A stretch of DNA of 59,166 nt, the filler included, from Sphacelaria rigidula (lineage: Eukaryota): assembly GCA_964200075.2 (NCBI GenBank). It is 10 parts of 10 records of this genome, joined end to end, with 100 filler letters (N's around TTAATTAATTAA, not from the genome) between each part and the next. Parts side by side here need not be neighbours in the genome. Positions count along the whole stretch, not along the records: positions 5,928 to 11,754 come from CAXNAA020024149.1; positions 11,855 to 17,681 come from CAXNAA020024150.1; positions 17,782 to 23,608 come from CAXNAA020024151.1; 7 more parts are not named here. One strand, 5' to 3'. Position numbers and translations under genes: made by a program. The notes beneath the pieces were generated by a model that saw only the letters and a program-made list of their open reading frames with translations, made no database searches and had not been told where the DNA came from. Positions within the stretch are counted from its first letter, which is position 1. Every line of letters starts with the position of its first letter. Positions 11,689-23,240 of this stretch are shown here, piece after piece.

Positions 11689-11854
11689 CCCCCCCTACCT
11701 TAGCATCATTTTTTTTTTGTGTTGTCACTTGTTTCGCGCGACGAGCGGAAACGCNNNNNNNNNNNNNNNNNNNNNNNNNNNNNNNNNNNNNNNNNNNNTT
11801 AATTAATTAANNNNNNNNNNNNNNNNNNNNNNNNNNNNNNNNNNNNNNNNNNNN

Positions 11855-11910
11855 CAAAAGGGATGCGTGGTCAATGGTCAAACGACTAAGGCAAGCAACA
11901 AATGAGTACG
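11855..11910 (+). repeat. Family A LINE 3' tip at the contig start
   Basis: aaagggatgcgtggtcaatggtcaaacgactaaggcaagcaacaaatgagtacg followed by C13. Confidence 0.92.
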
Positions 11911-12389
11911 CCCCCCCCCCCCTGGATAAGGCATGAAATGACGAAGATGACCACCTTTTTTTCTTTAACCTACCAGAGCACAGCCCGGACATGGACATGG
12001 AATAAAACGAATCTGACCGTCTTTTTTTTGCATTAACCAGAACGCAGCCCGGATATAGGCATGAAGCAGCGATAGAAACAGTTCTACTGTATTTCCCCAT
12101 ATCAACGGAAAGTAACCGAGATTTCCCCCCCCCCCCCTTGTCACAACGAAGGTAAGACAATGAGATGAAACCAAAACCTAGACCTGTGAGCAATAGCGTG
12201 AAGGTTAACCACCTTATATGCATATAACAAGTACAGATAGGGTAGGATCACCCCGGCATGGTAAATTCACATAGAGGTTGAGTTTCGTGGTGAGATACCC
12301 GTAAAACTTTTACCCGTCGGACAGATCATGATCCGCCTGAAAACTACTTATTAGTATAGTGATCCGGATCATTTGCCCCCCCCCTTTTT

Positions 12390-15300
12390 ATGTTTGCTCC
12401 TTACAGCGCCGGACGCTGAGCATGACGAGTAGCGCAAAGGTCACTTTTCGGCTTTTCTGACTCCGCGGTCACATATTTTGTGTTTTTGGACCCACGGGTT
12501 CGAGAATATTCTCTGATTAGTCGTTTCAGCCGGATCATGATATTTCCCAGGTGTGAAAATTTGACTGTTTTCCACGGGGCGGTGGAACTCTGGTCAGGCA
12601 TTTTCCTGAAATTCCCGACATGAGGTGCGCAGGCATCAAATGAAGAGAAGAAATGGACATTGCATGGCATAAATATCAAGACCTACTGCACTCATGAAAC
12701 AAACATATTACCATTGTCCAACCACATGACCAACGAGAAGGAGCACCAAGCGGTACGTGAGACGTCTTGATGTCTTGAAGGGTAGAAGCTGGTACAGAAT
12801 GTGGGGGGTTCGTTGGCCAAGCTTTCGGTAGCGAAGGTCTACTCGGAAGCATTAGTGGAGTCGCGACCCATGGTGAACCGTACACGGAGTGGGAGGAAAT
12901 GATGCACAGGACATCCCGATATGTGAGTGAGATCTTGCGTTATGAAAGCCGTCCGTGAATTTTACACGGTGAAAGTGACCTCCCTGGAGGAAAGTAACCA
13001 GTACAGTACTGGGACAAGAAGATAGAAGATACAATCGTGGAACACCTGGATGGTTTATCACGAAGATCGCCTGGCACGAACGTGGGGTACTTGTGTCAAA
13101 GGCGTTGAACTTGGCTTCAGGCTACGAGCCCGTGTTAGAGGCATTATTTAGTGTCGGTGAACCAGCAAAATAACTAAAGGGCACCAGACCCCCAACAAGC
13201 ACTAGGATTGGGATGTCCCAGTACGTTGACTACATTCCACCAATACCTTTGAAACACACAAGCTGAGATACTCTCGAAAGAGATGGAGAGAGAGACGGTA
13301 AGGAAGGGTAGATGGAAAAGTGAAGAGTGGACGGGTAAAGTATTAGTAGTGCTGGTATTCGGAGTCCGTAGCGATATGGTGAGAATAAAGTTGAAGAGGA
13401 AATGTATTGAAGTCGGACTAAATTGTTTGGCGAAAGGAAAGTAGAGGGGGAGGGAGAACACTTCCGAGATACGCTAAAACAGAGCGCGAGCCAGGAGCGG
13501 ACAAGGATAGAGACAAGTAAGGTGTCGGCATGGGTTAGAAGGGTAGGATGAAGAGTATGCATAGCCAATGGAATAGCAAACCTACGACGAAGTCCACGGG
13601 TAAACGGAGGAGAGGAGAGGAAGGAGCAGGTAAGTGCCCGGAAGAGGAAGAGGAGGGGACAAAGCGGCCCGAAGCAAATAGACAAGGACCAAACCGGAAA
13701 CGGGAAGGAAGATCGAGCAAGGGAAAGCAGAAGTAAAAACGACGGAGAGAGAAGAGTAGACATGAAGAGAGTGGATAATGACTCGAAAAGGAAGTTGAGA
13801 ATAGAATCGTGGAATGTGTGTGGATTCGCCACAGATGAGCGCAAAGTAATGGAGAAAGTCGTAAAAATAAGTATCGCAGCCTAGATATAGTTGGAATCCA
13901 AGAGTCATGGGAGAAAGAGGGGGTGGAATCAAGATGCAAAGTTGGGAAGTACGCATCGATAGGGAAAAAGCGTAAGGGATAGAAGCCCAAGAGCAGGGGA
14001 GCGGGGGAGAGTAGGGTTCTTACTCAAGGAATACCTGTGTGACACCATAGAAAACGTGTCTTCGTGAGATTGAGAGTAGATGATACGATCGAGAGTGAAA
14101 AGCGGTCAATCAGTGAATGNNNNNNNNNTCCGAAATGCACTTCCACGAGGCCCAACATGGTTTCTGCAATAGCTGGCCACTGAGACCCTTGATATCCCTG
14201 GGTAGGATATCGACCTGTTGCTGTAAGCACAGGCAAGTGATGGAGGTAAACAATAACACACGTGGAATAAAAAATGACTCACTGAAAGCGAATGATCAAA
14301 GCCCCTCTCAATCGTATTATCTACTCTCAATCTCACGAAAACACTGTTGAAGGTGATCATAGACAGAAAATTCGACGAGAGCAGACGGCTGAGGGTACCA
14401 GGAGAGCGGGGAACGAAGGGCTTTTTCGTAGGGAACATCTCTATGCCCCCAGAATCGAAGAGGAGGGTGAACGATATACAGCGGAGGTTTGGAGATATAG
14501 CAGCTGATGTACATAAGTATAGTCGGCAAGGAGAAGTAATATTAGTGGGAGATTTTAATGCAAGGGTAGGAAAAGCAGGTCAACGGGATGATATCAGTGG
14601 TCAATTCGGGGAAGATAAGAAGAACGAGAATGGGGTAGAAATGCTGAAGTTCCTTGAGCATAGCGAGATGGAGACGCTGAACGATAGAGCGCAAGAGCCA
14701 GAGGCGCAATGGACATGGACTAGAGAATGCAAAGACGAGAGAGAACGCTACTTCATTTACAATATAGTGGACGTGTATGGGTATGATGAGTAAGTGGAAG
14801 TACATGTATGCGCAGAGGACGTAGGAATTACAGATCATTGTCTCATGTTGACAGAAAGGCAGTATACGAGAGCTAAAAGAAATAAGCGGGGTAGGAAGTT
14901 GTACAAATAGAGAATGGATAAGCAGGAACGGAAGAAAACTGCAAGGGTTCCAAGAGATGCCCAAATATGCAGTGAAATTTTCCGAGCTGTTGGAAAGAGT
15001 AGGTACAGTAAATACCGAAATGGAAGGCAGGAGCGAAGATTGATTGTGGAAGAATGAGAACAGTTGGTCGACAACACAGCGAGTGAAGTCATAGAGGAGA
15101 AATCAGTCGTTTGCAAAGGAGCAGTAAAATGGTGGGATGAGGAAGTAAAAGAAGCTATGGAGAGTATGGAGACTTTGGAGAGAGACCCACGCAAGATACA
15201 TATCGAGTAAAACTACGGGAGGGTGATAGGAGTATACTGGTGCTCGAAAGAAAGTAGAAAATGTGGCGGAGGAGAAAATAAGGGAGTATGGGAAGATGCA

Positions 15301-17681
15301 GTAAAAAAATATTAGACTTTTCGATGGCGGCATGAAACAAATGCGGGTAGGGATAAAATGGATAACGGGAAACCAGGCCGGAAAGATAGACACGGGGATA
15401 GCCACACTACGGGGCACAGAACGGTGAAATGGTCAGTAGTTCGATGGGGAAGGAAGAATTACTAGTAGAGCACTATTGTAAACTAGAAACACCAAAAACT
15501 AGCGAGAGATTCGATACGGCATTCGAGAAAGAAATCAACGCATGGGCAGAGGCAGATGTAGAGGCATCAAAGCGGGAAGATAGTCGCCCGAAAGAATTGC
15601 AGAGAGGGTTCACCAGAGATGAAGTCGAGGAGTGTGTAGCTGAACTCAAGAACAGAAAAGCAGCAGGGGGAGACGAAATAGTGAATGAATTCCCAAAGTA
15701 CGGGGGAGAGGGAATGATTACCATGATGGCTATGCTGTATCATCACATCTGGGAAAACGAGTACACATCAAAGAGGTGGAGAGAAGGAGTAGTAGTTGAG
15801 CTTTAAAGAAATGAGACAAGGCTGACCCATGGAGTTATAGAGGGATGACGCTATTGAGCACCCTAAGGAAAACATTATGTGAGATTCTGAATGTTGGAGT
15901 GAGAATGATTATAGAGAAGGCAAAACAATCAGCGAGGGGCAAGCAGGTTTTGGACCCAAACGGAGTTGCGTGGACCATGTGTACATGCGAGGTATGGCTA
16001 TTCACGGTAGGAGAGACGCCGGGTTGACAACGTACTGTTTCTTTCTGAACGTACAAGAAGCTAATGACACAGTATGGAGAAATAAGCTGTGAGAAAAGTT
16101 GTGGGAAACTGGGATCAGAGGAAAGATGTGGAGAATGGTGAAGATGATAACATGCGAAAATTGCTTCGAAGCTGGACGGGAAAAATCGAAATGTTTTGAT
16201 ATTATACAAGGAGTTGCACAAGGATGTATGTTATCACGCACTTTATTCAAGGTATATATTAATGGCCTGATAGTAGCAATAGAGGCAGCAGAGCAAGGAG
16301 TCAAGGTGGGTGAAGATACGGTATCAGGATTGATGTTCGCGGATTATTTTGTGGAGACTTCAGAAACGGCAGAAGGATTGCAAAAACAACCAGAGAAGGC
16401 GCTAGATTACACGAGGAAATGGAGAGTGACAGCGAATGGTGACAAATGCGCGGTACTCGTGTGTAACGAAAAAAATGAAATCCGGTAGAGTTCAAATAGA
16501 AGTGGGGAGACGAGGAACAGCCGATCGTAGACCAGTATACATACCTCGACATGGAGATACAAAAAAAGTGTTATCGGAATGGACACGTATATAAAGAAAT
16601 ATAATAAGGGAAGGCACAAATAGGCAGGATAGATATGATCCTCAAGAGACTCGCACCTAGATACTAGGATCAGGAGATGTGTCCTGATGAACGTGATCGT
16701 ACCAAAGCTGGAATATGGAGAAGAAGTACTGTACAGGAGGGGAACGTGGGGTTGGTGGAGATGTCAGAAACAGTTCGAATGACAGAAGCTAAGGAGATAC
16801 TTCGATGCTCGAAAACGACGAGTAATACAGCATTAAGAGCATGGTTGGGAATGTGCTCACTTAGAACAAGCAGAGACATGAGGAAATTGCGATGGCAAGA
16901 TAGCGTAAAGAACATGCAGAGGAAGAGGTTGCCAGCTATAGTTGATGGGGTTGTATGAAAAGAAAATACGGAAGGGCAGGTTGGAATACGGTCGGATGAA
17001 GACGTCGAGAAAGTATGGGAGGAGGTAGGAGGAAACCAAGTCGAGATACTGTCCATAGGTGAAGACGTGGGGTACAAGACAAGAGTAAGGGGCATGCTAG
17101 AATTCAGGGAAAAGGAGCGCTCAGGCGCAAAGTAGACGAAAAAGGATACCTGAAGATATACGGGGGGTTGAGAGAGAGGATAGGGATGAATATATACATA
17201 TCTGCATGGCCCAATGGGCGCAAAGATTAAAAATGCGATTTCGGGTGAGGGACCTGGACCTGCCAGAAAGAAGAAAGAGATACACCATCAGTCGAGAGGA
17301 GGAGGAAGTAGACGCACAGAATTGCCCCTGTGGCAAAGCAATAGAGAGTAGAATTCAGATAGTGGCAGAATGTGGACAATACAAGGAGGAGCGGGACGTG
17401 TTGAAGGGGGAAATGCTGTAGATAGCCGAAGGTGGCATGAATTCGTTTGATACACTAGACAATAGGGAGAAAACGATGGCTATACTAGGAGATAAATGGT
17501 GGCCAGAGACGGCGAAACAGGACGGGGATAAGATATGTTTAAGATTTTTGTGTAGGGTATGGAGGAAACGTAATGAGCTCCAGAATGTAGGAGATGTCTC
17601 TATTAGGAATAGGAACTGTGTTCCGTCTCGAAAGGGATGCGTGGTCAATGGTCGAACGACTAAGGCAAGCAACAAATGAGT
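12390..17681 (+). mobile_element. Near full-length decayed APE-type LINE (family A): ORF1 remnant about 12620-13750, ORF2 remnant about 13780-17679
   Basis: APE motifs SWNVCG, VGIQESW, ILVGDFNARVG. RT motifs LKNRKAAGGDEI, QGVAQGCMLSRTLF, GLMFADYF. C-terminal CPCG...AEC knuckle. Many stops and frameshifts. 5' boundary approximate. Confidence 0.92.
14056..14344. mobile_element. Insertion in the LINE endonuclease region with ~40-bp inverted termini (contains a 10-N gap)
   Basis: gtgtcttcgtgagattgagagtagatgatacgatcgagag ... ctctcaatcgtattatctactctcaatctcacgaaaacac; absent from the second LINE copy at about 36490. Confidence 0.75.
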
Positions 17682-17850
17682 NNNNNNNNNNNNNNNNNNN
17701 NNNNNNNNNNNNNNNNNNNNNNNNNTTAATTAATTAANNNNNNNNNNNNNNNNNNNNNNNNNNNNNNNNNNNNNNNNNNNNCGATTCATTCACTGATTGA
17801 CCGCTTTTCACTCTCAATCGTATCATCTACTCTCAATCTCACGAAAACAC

Positions 17851-20800
17851 TCTTATGGGCGGTCTGACACCACCCGAAAAAATGTTCTGGATGTCAAACA
17901 CGTGCGGGTTGTGAGCACCAACCACGCTCCATGGACCAGTCCACGTCGCCATCACTTTGGGCGTGACGCCCGGACGACGCGCGCGTGCATAAAAGACATA
18001 GTCGCCTACCTCAAAATTCGGCAATTCCAACTCCGACGAGGACCCCTCACGTCTACTCGCACGTTCAGCGGTAACATGTTCATGCACTTGAACGTGGAAA
18101 CGTTCGTGCAGATCCAAGACTCCTTGCAATGCACTCTTGATTTGAACATCGTCCGAAACATCACATTTCCAGTCCCCCGCCGACGAAGACGCCAGCACCG
18201 AGAAAGACGTCCGAGGGGCACGACCAAACATCACGTGGTACGGCGTACTATCGTAACGACAACAACAAGCTGTATTGAGCGCCCATTGCACCGCCGGCAA
18301 CACGTCCACCTACTCAGAAACCGCTCTACGCTGATCGAGAAGAATGGAGCGAAGAGCACGAACTACTTCCTTGACCATGCGCTCGCACGTACCGTTACAC
18401 CACGGAGAATACGCCACCGCAAACTGGTGAAGTCTCTTGCAATCGGGCCAAGATTGCATTCTTGAAATGCGTGGCGGTATGACTCATCCACACACGCGGC
18501 ACCCCGATAGTTTTGCACCAATTCAGCACAGATGCAGCAGTCGATTCAGCAGTACACACTGCTACTAGTTTCAGAGACACGAAGTTGCTCAAATCATCCA
18601 TGATTACCAAAATGTATTGGAATCAGCATCCTCCGACGAACCTTGAGAATCTAGCGGGCCACCATCGAACACGTACAAGAATTCAAAATGAACGACTTCA
18701 TTCGGTGTGGTCCCATGGACCGTGTTGCCGAGCGGCCGGGGAGCAACATCGTTCGCCCTCGGTCAGCAAAGTGAAGACAATGGTGGACGAATTCGCGCAC
18801 ATGAGTTTCTATCTCCTGCTAGACACAAAATTCTTGCAAGCGCACGAGCGTCGCAGCCACACCACGATGCCCGGCGTCGCGCATGTGCGCGCAAATCATC
18901 AGACGTACCTGCAACTGCTTGTCAGAACTCGGAATCCACAAAACGTTTCGGCGACGCACATGCACACGAAACAGACCTTCATTGTCAAGATAGCAGTACC
19001 AACGTCCGACTCGAAATAATGCATACCCGCATCTTCGGCCCCAAGGTCTTTTCGTTGCGCTTGGCACACAACAGATTTGAACGGCATCGAGTCACCAGGT
19101 TCACACGGACCATACACAGCCACAGCGCGTACAGGCAAAGCCAGCATATTCACCCATCGCGAAAGCAAGTCACCCCACGCGTTACGGTCACCCGAAATAT
19201 GGAAAATCGAGTAGCGATACTAGCCAAGAACAGGTTTCCAACTCTCCAAACGTTGTGCCAATGCCTTTAAGACAGACGTAACGCACGCTTCCGGGTTGAC
19301 AATATACACGAGATTTCGGTGATACGTGAAACGGTGCACATCATCCCACAACAGATGCTCCAAACGACGAAAGTGTTTCCGATAGCAAAACCTTCCTTAT
19401 CAATTGTGGCCCATCGCAACTTCGAGTCCTTGATATTACCACTGAGGAAAGCCAGCAGTTCATGCGTCATATCCTAAACCGGCAGGCGCCTCTGCGTTTC
19501 AGCTTTAGGCACCTGCGTAACGAAACTACTCCAATGGCACTCAGATGCATCCGGTACCATTAGCACCTGACGATCAGGACGAGGATGGAACAGCTTCACG
19601 GCGTGAGCTACCAGATCCTTCGCTGCCGCCCACGCCTGCAACCTGCTCTCCGTTCACGATGCAGACAGAATAACGCGCTTTTTTGCAACCTGCTTTGTCC
19701 GCCTCGCAGCCATGACTTCTTCGACGAAAAACCGCAAGGGGGCTGCGGCTTCTGCCATACGCGGCAACGAGGTACGCAGCCAATTCGCGGCCTGCAGGAA
19801 AGGCATGATTTCTGCCGCCGTCTCTGGGCTCCGCATATCAGACAAGCCTTGCAATCTGACAGGGTCATGAGATACACATCCGTGTGAGTACACTTTCCAA
19901 CACCACACGAGTTCACTAGCGAAGGAAGTGCATTTGTGCGCCGCTGCAAACAAACCAATGTGCTCTGAACGAGCCAAGATAGCATCAAGCATGACTAAAA
20001 GTTTGTCTCCCATGTCTGGGAAAAAAAGACATCGTCCACCCATATTTTGCATTCCAAGCCGACAAGCAGTCCTATCATGATACCTTGAAAATATGCCGTG
20101 CCATTCAACACGCCTTGCAGCCCTCGCCTCGGGGTAAATAAGCCTAACGGGGTCGTGATTGTGAGAATCTCCTCCGCCTCCCTCGCCAACGGCATCTACC
20201 AATAACCTTGGAGGAGGTCCGACTTGCCAAAACTACGAGCACTCAAGAGATCACGCATGTCCGACTCTCGATCGGGCATCACACCCAGGGACTTCTAAAC
20301 CTAATCATTCACGGTCTTGTAGCCGCTTACCAGGCGAAACGAGTCTTTTTTGGAAACCGCCAGGGCCGGACTGAACCATACCGCCTGCAGGTTCCGGGCT
20401 ACCAACCCAAGCGCCAAAAGAGCCGCCATGCACGACGCCAACCAGCTCGACTTCCCCAGATCGTACCGCCGCGGCTTCGTCATCATCGCGGATGCCCCGG
20501 GTTTCAGCTAAACACGCATGGGCTCCACGCGCGCAGGGGGATCACCCCGCAGCGCACGATGAAACGCATTGACGCGGCGATGCAATATGCCACGCAAGCG
20601 TTCCGATTTGGGAGTCCTGAGGCATTTCGCCACATCATCCGTCACGCTCTCCTCCAGCGCGACCTTCCGAGAAGACTCCTCTTCCGCCGAGTCCATGAAC
20701 ATGTCCGGGCCGCGCTGTGTTAAGCGTTCCACCGCTGCATCCTGCTCCTCAGTCACCTGCCTCCCAGCCTCCTGAAAAACATCCTCCGACAAGCTCATGC

Positions 20801-23240
20801 GATGACTGCCCAAAGAAACGGGCGTCTCCACGTGCGGACCAGGCGGAGACATCCGCGTCTTGATGGAGTCCTTCAACCGCACATACGGATCGACACCTAT
20901 ATCCCGAAGCGTCGGCAACCCCAGACAAACAACGTCATCCGACCCCGGCATAATCGCAAACGAGATCGAAGGCAACGGCGCCAGCCCCCGAGCAGTCTTG
21001 AAAGCTAGCTGCAACGGAACAGTACTCTCCGTGACGGCAGAATGCTGACCCGACGCGGTGACTGCCTGCCGCGCCCCAAGCGAAACCGCAGCGGCACACC
21101 CGGGAGAAGACGCTCCAGCATCGCCGCCATCTGCACCGGCAGACTAGTGAAATAGGCGCCAGAATCCAACACAGACCGAACTGCAATGGCTCCACGCTGC
21201 CGTTGATTGGGAAGACACAACTCCGCAGGAATAAATATTTCCGCAAACTCCACCGGCACTTTGTCCGCCGACCGATGCGCCGCTTATCCCACTTGACGCC
21301 ACGGCTGCGCAAGCTGCGCAGGTGCAGACGCCCCGGCAGGTTCGAACGGCACCGCCGATGGGTATGATCCCGAGCCAGCAGTCCAAGCATTTGGCGAACC
21401 TCCGACCAGCGCATCAACAGGCGTCGCGCCTGGCGCTAATGCCGATTTCGCCGCCGGCGCCACCACTGGCACCGGCGCAGTGTTCAACACTGTAGAAGTC
21501 GGGCCCAGAATTGGGCCCATGCTGACGTCGCTGTACCTGCTGCTGCTGTCGCCGCCGCTGCTGTTGCTGCAACTGCTGCTGCTGCTTGCTGCTGAGGACT
21601 CGACTGCGACCCTCCATCGCCGGAGGATCCGCCGCCGCAACCACCCCGATCACCTCGTCTTTTGCCCTTGCGCGGACGATGCGCATGAAACTGACCAGAC
21701 TCTTCACCGGAAGACGTTGGGTAATCGCGCGCGTAGTGGCCCACCTGGACACAGCGGTGGCAAGTAATACTCGCGGCGCGACCGGCCGATTTCGAGCCAT
21801 GGCTGTGCAAAGATTTCGGCGAGGGGGTGGACGACTGACCGAACACCTCTATTTTCCGCCACTCCTTGGCCTCGGCCACGACGGTGTCCATCACCAGGTA
21901 GGGGTCGGCCTTCCAGTCTGTTTGGTGCTGCAACTTTACAAGCACGACTTGCTTGAAATTGTACGGTGCCAACCCCTCCACTGAAGCCTTGGTGATTACT
22001 GCAGCCGGGCCGGGAATGAACTCACCATCGGGGAACGATGTACTAGTTCCACGTTCGGACTTCCCGTGAAGTACTTCTCCAAATTTGACACTATGGGCTC
22101 CATCCGCTCCAACATCGTCTTTCCCCGTGAATCCATGGCGACAGCTTTCGCCACGGCCGCGGACGCTTGCGTCAGCTCCACCTCGCCGCCCGCCGCAAGC
22201 CCAGCATGCGTTTTGATGGCCGAAACCAAATGAGGCAAGATGATTGTGCTCTCGTTCTGTTCCAGACGAGCAAACACTCTCTGCACATGAGTTGGCCCTT
22301 GTAGGGTCATTGACACCACCTGATGCCGCACAGCACCCCCTGCATTAGCGTGCTCCACACGTTTCTTGTGCTCCAAAGACTTGGTATAAAAAGTGCAAGA
22401 TGCACTCTCTCGGTATCTATCCCCGTATTGGGGAGGTCGACACTCTTCCCGTATAACCACGGGTATAACGATAGACGTACAACGTGAGCCGGTAGCCATA
22501 GCTGTAGCTGTAGTCGGCTACCTGCGAAGATTTGAAGGCCAGCGGACCTTTGCGAATTGCAATTTTCTTGCTTCGTCGCCGAACCACACAGTCGTAGGAG
22601 CCTCCAAACTCCCGCTGCACACAGCTTCAGCAAGTCTCCAGTCTGGATCAAACACAAGCCAGCCGCCTTTGTGCAGCTGCCTCAGCTGGAACCCTCTCCA
22701 CGCGCCCGTGGTTTATCAGGTTTTCACGGCTACCAGACTCCTCCGCCGAAATCCTTTCCAGCAGGTTTCTAGCAATGACACTAGCACTAATATAGATATT
22801 GTGACGCCAGCCAGAATAAGGACTGGTGGATCATTGCTGTTGAGGGACTCCCCGGTCTTACTGGCCTCAATTTTGGTTGTCAGCCTTTACAACATTCTCA
22901 TTATTCAGGAGTGACCCAGCTCGTATGTATCTTACGGATTTATTGGTCATTTTCCAGTCGACTAGTCTCCAAGCATGTGCCATGTTTTGTTATGCTTGGT
23001 ATCCGATGGGTCATACTCTGTTCTGAGTCTTCGTGATTTCAACTTGGCTCTCGGCCCTCATGTGTTCACAACGCTTTACGAACTGATCTCAACAAGCACC
23101 GCAGCAATTAGCCTGTTCGCTGATAATATAAGAAGTATCCACGCTATCTACGGGACTGCTTTCCAGAGGTGTCTCTGATCTCCGTCGAAAGTAAGCCTGA
23201 CTTGCATGCTGGTGGTGGTGCTTTGAGCACCTGCGTGACA
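17851..23240 (-). mobile_element. Decayed Ty3/gypsy LTR retrotransposon (5' LTR, gag, PR, RT, RH, IN)
   Basis: Gag knuckle CHRCVQVGHYARD; protease VLDSGAYFTSL; RT WFSPALAVSKKDSFRLV and TPLGLFTP...WVDDVF; RH LAFLSG...WATIDKEGFAI; IN AHMRDAGHRG, IMDDLSNFV, ATWTGPWSV; gypsy domain order. Confidence 0.95.
22800..23240 (-). repeat. Putative 5' LTR of the gypsy element
   Basis: Inverted termini tgtgacgc...gcgtgaca (TG...CA) upstream of gag; partner LTR not in the contig. Confidence 0.65.

Noticed and set aside
13174..17675. Numerous Phe/Leu/Ser-rich minus-strand ORFs (also 35584-39765)
   Set aside because: Antisense shadows of the purine-rich LINE coding strand.
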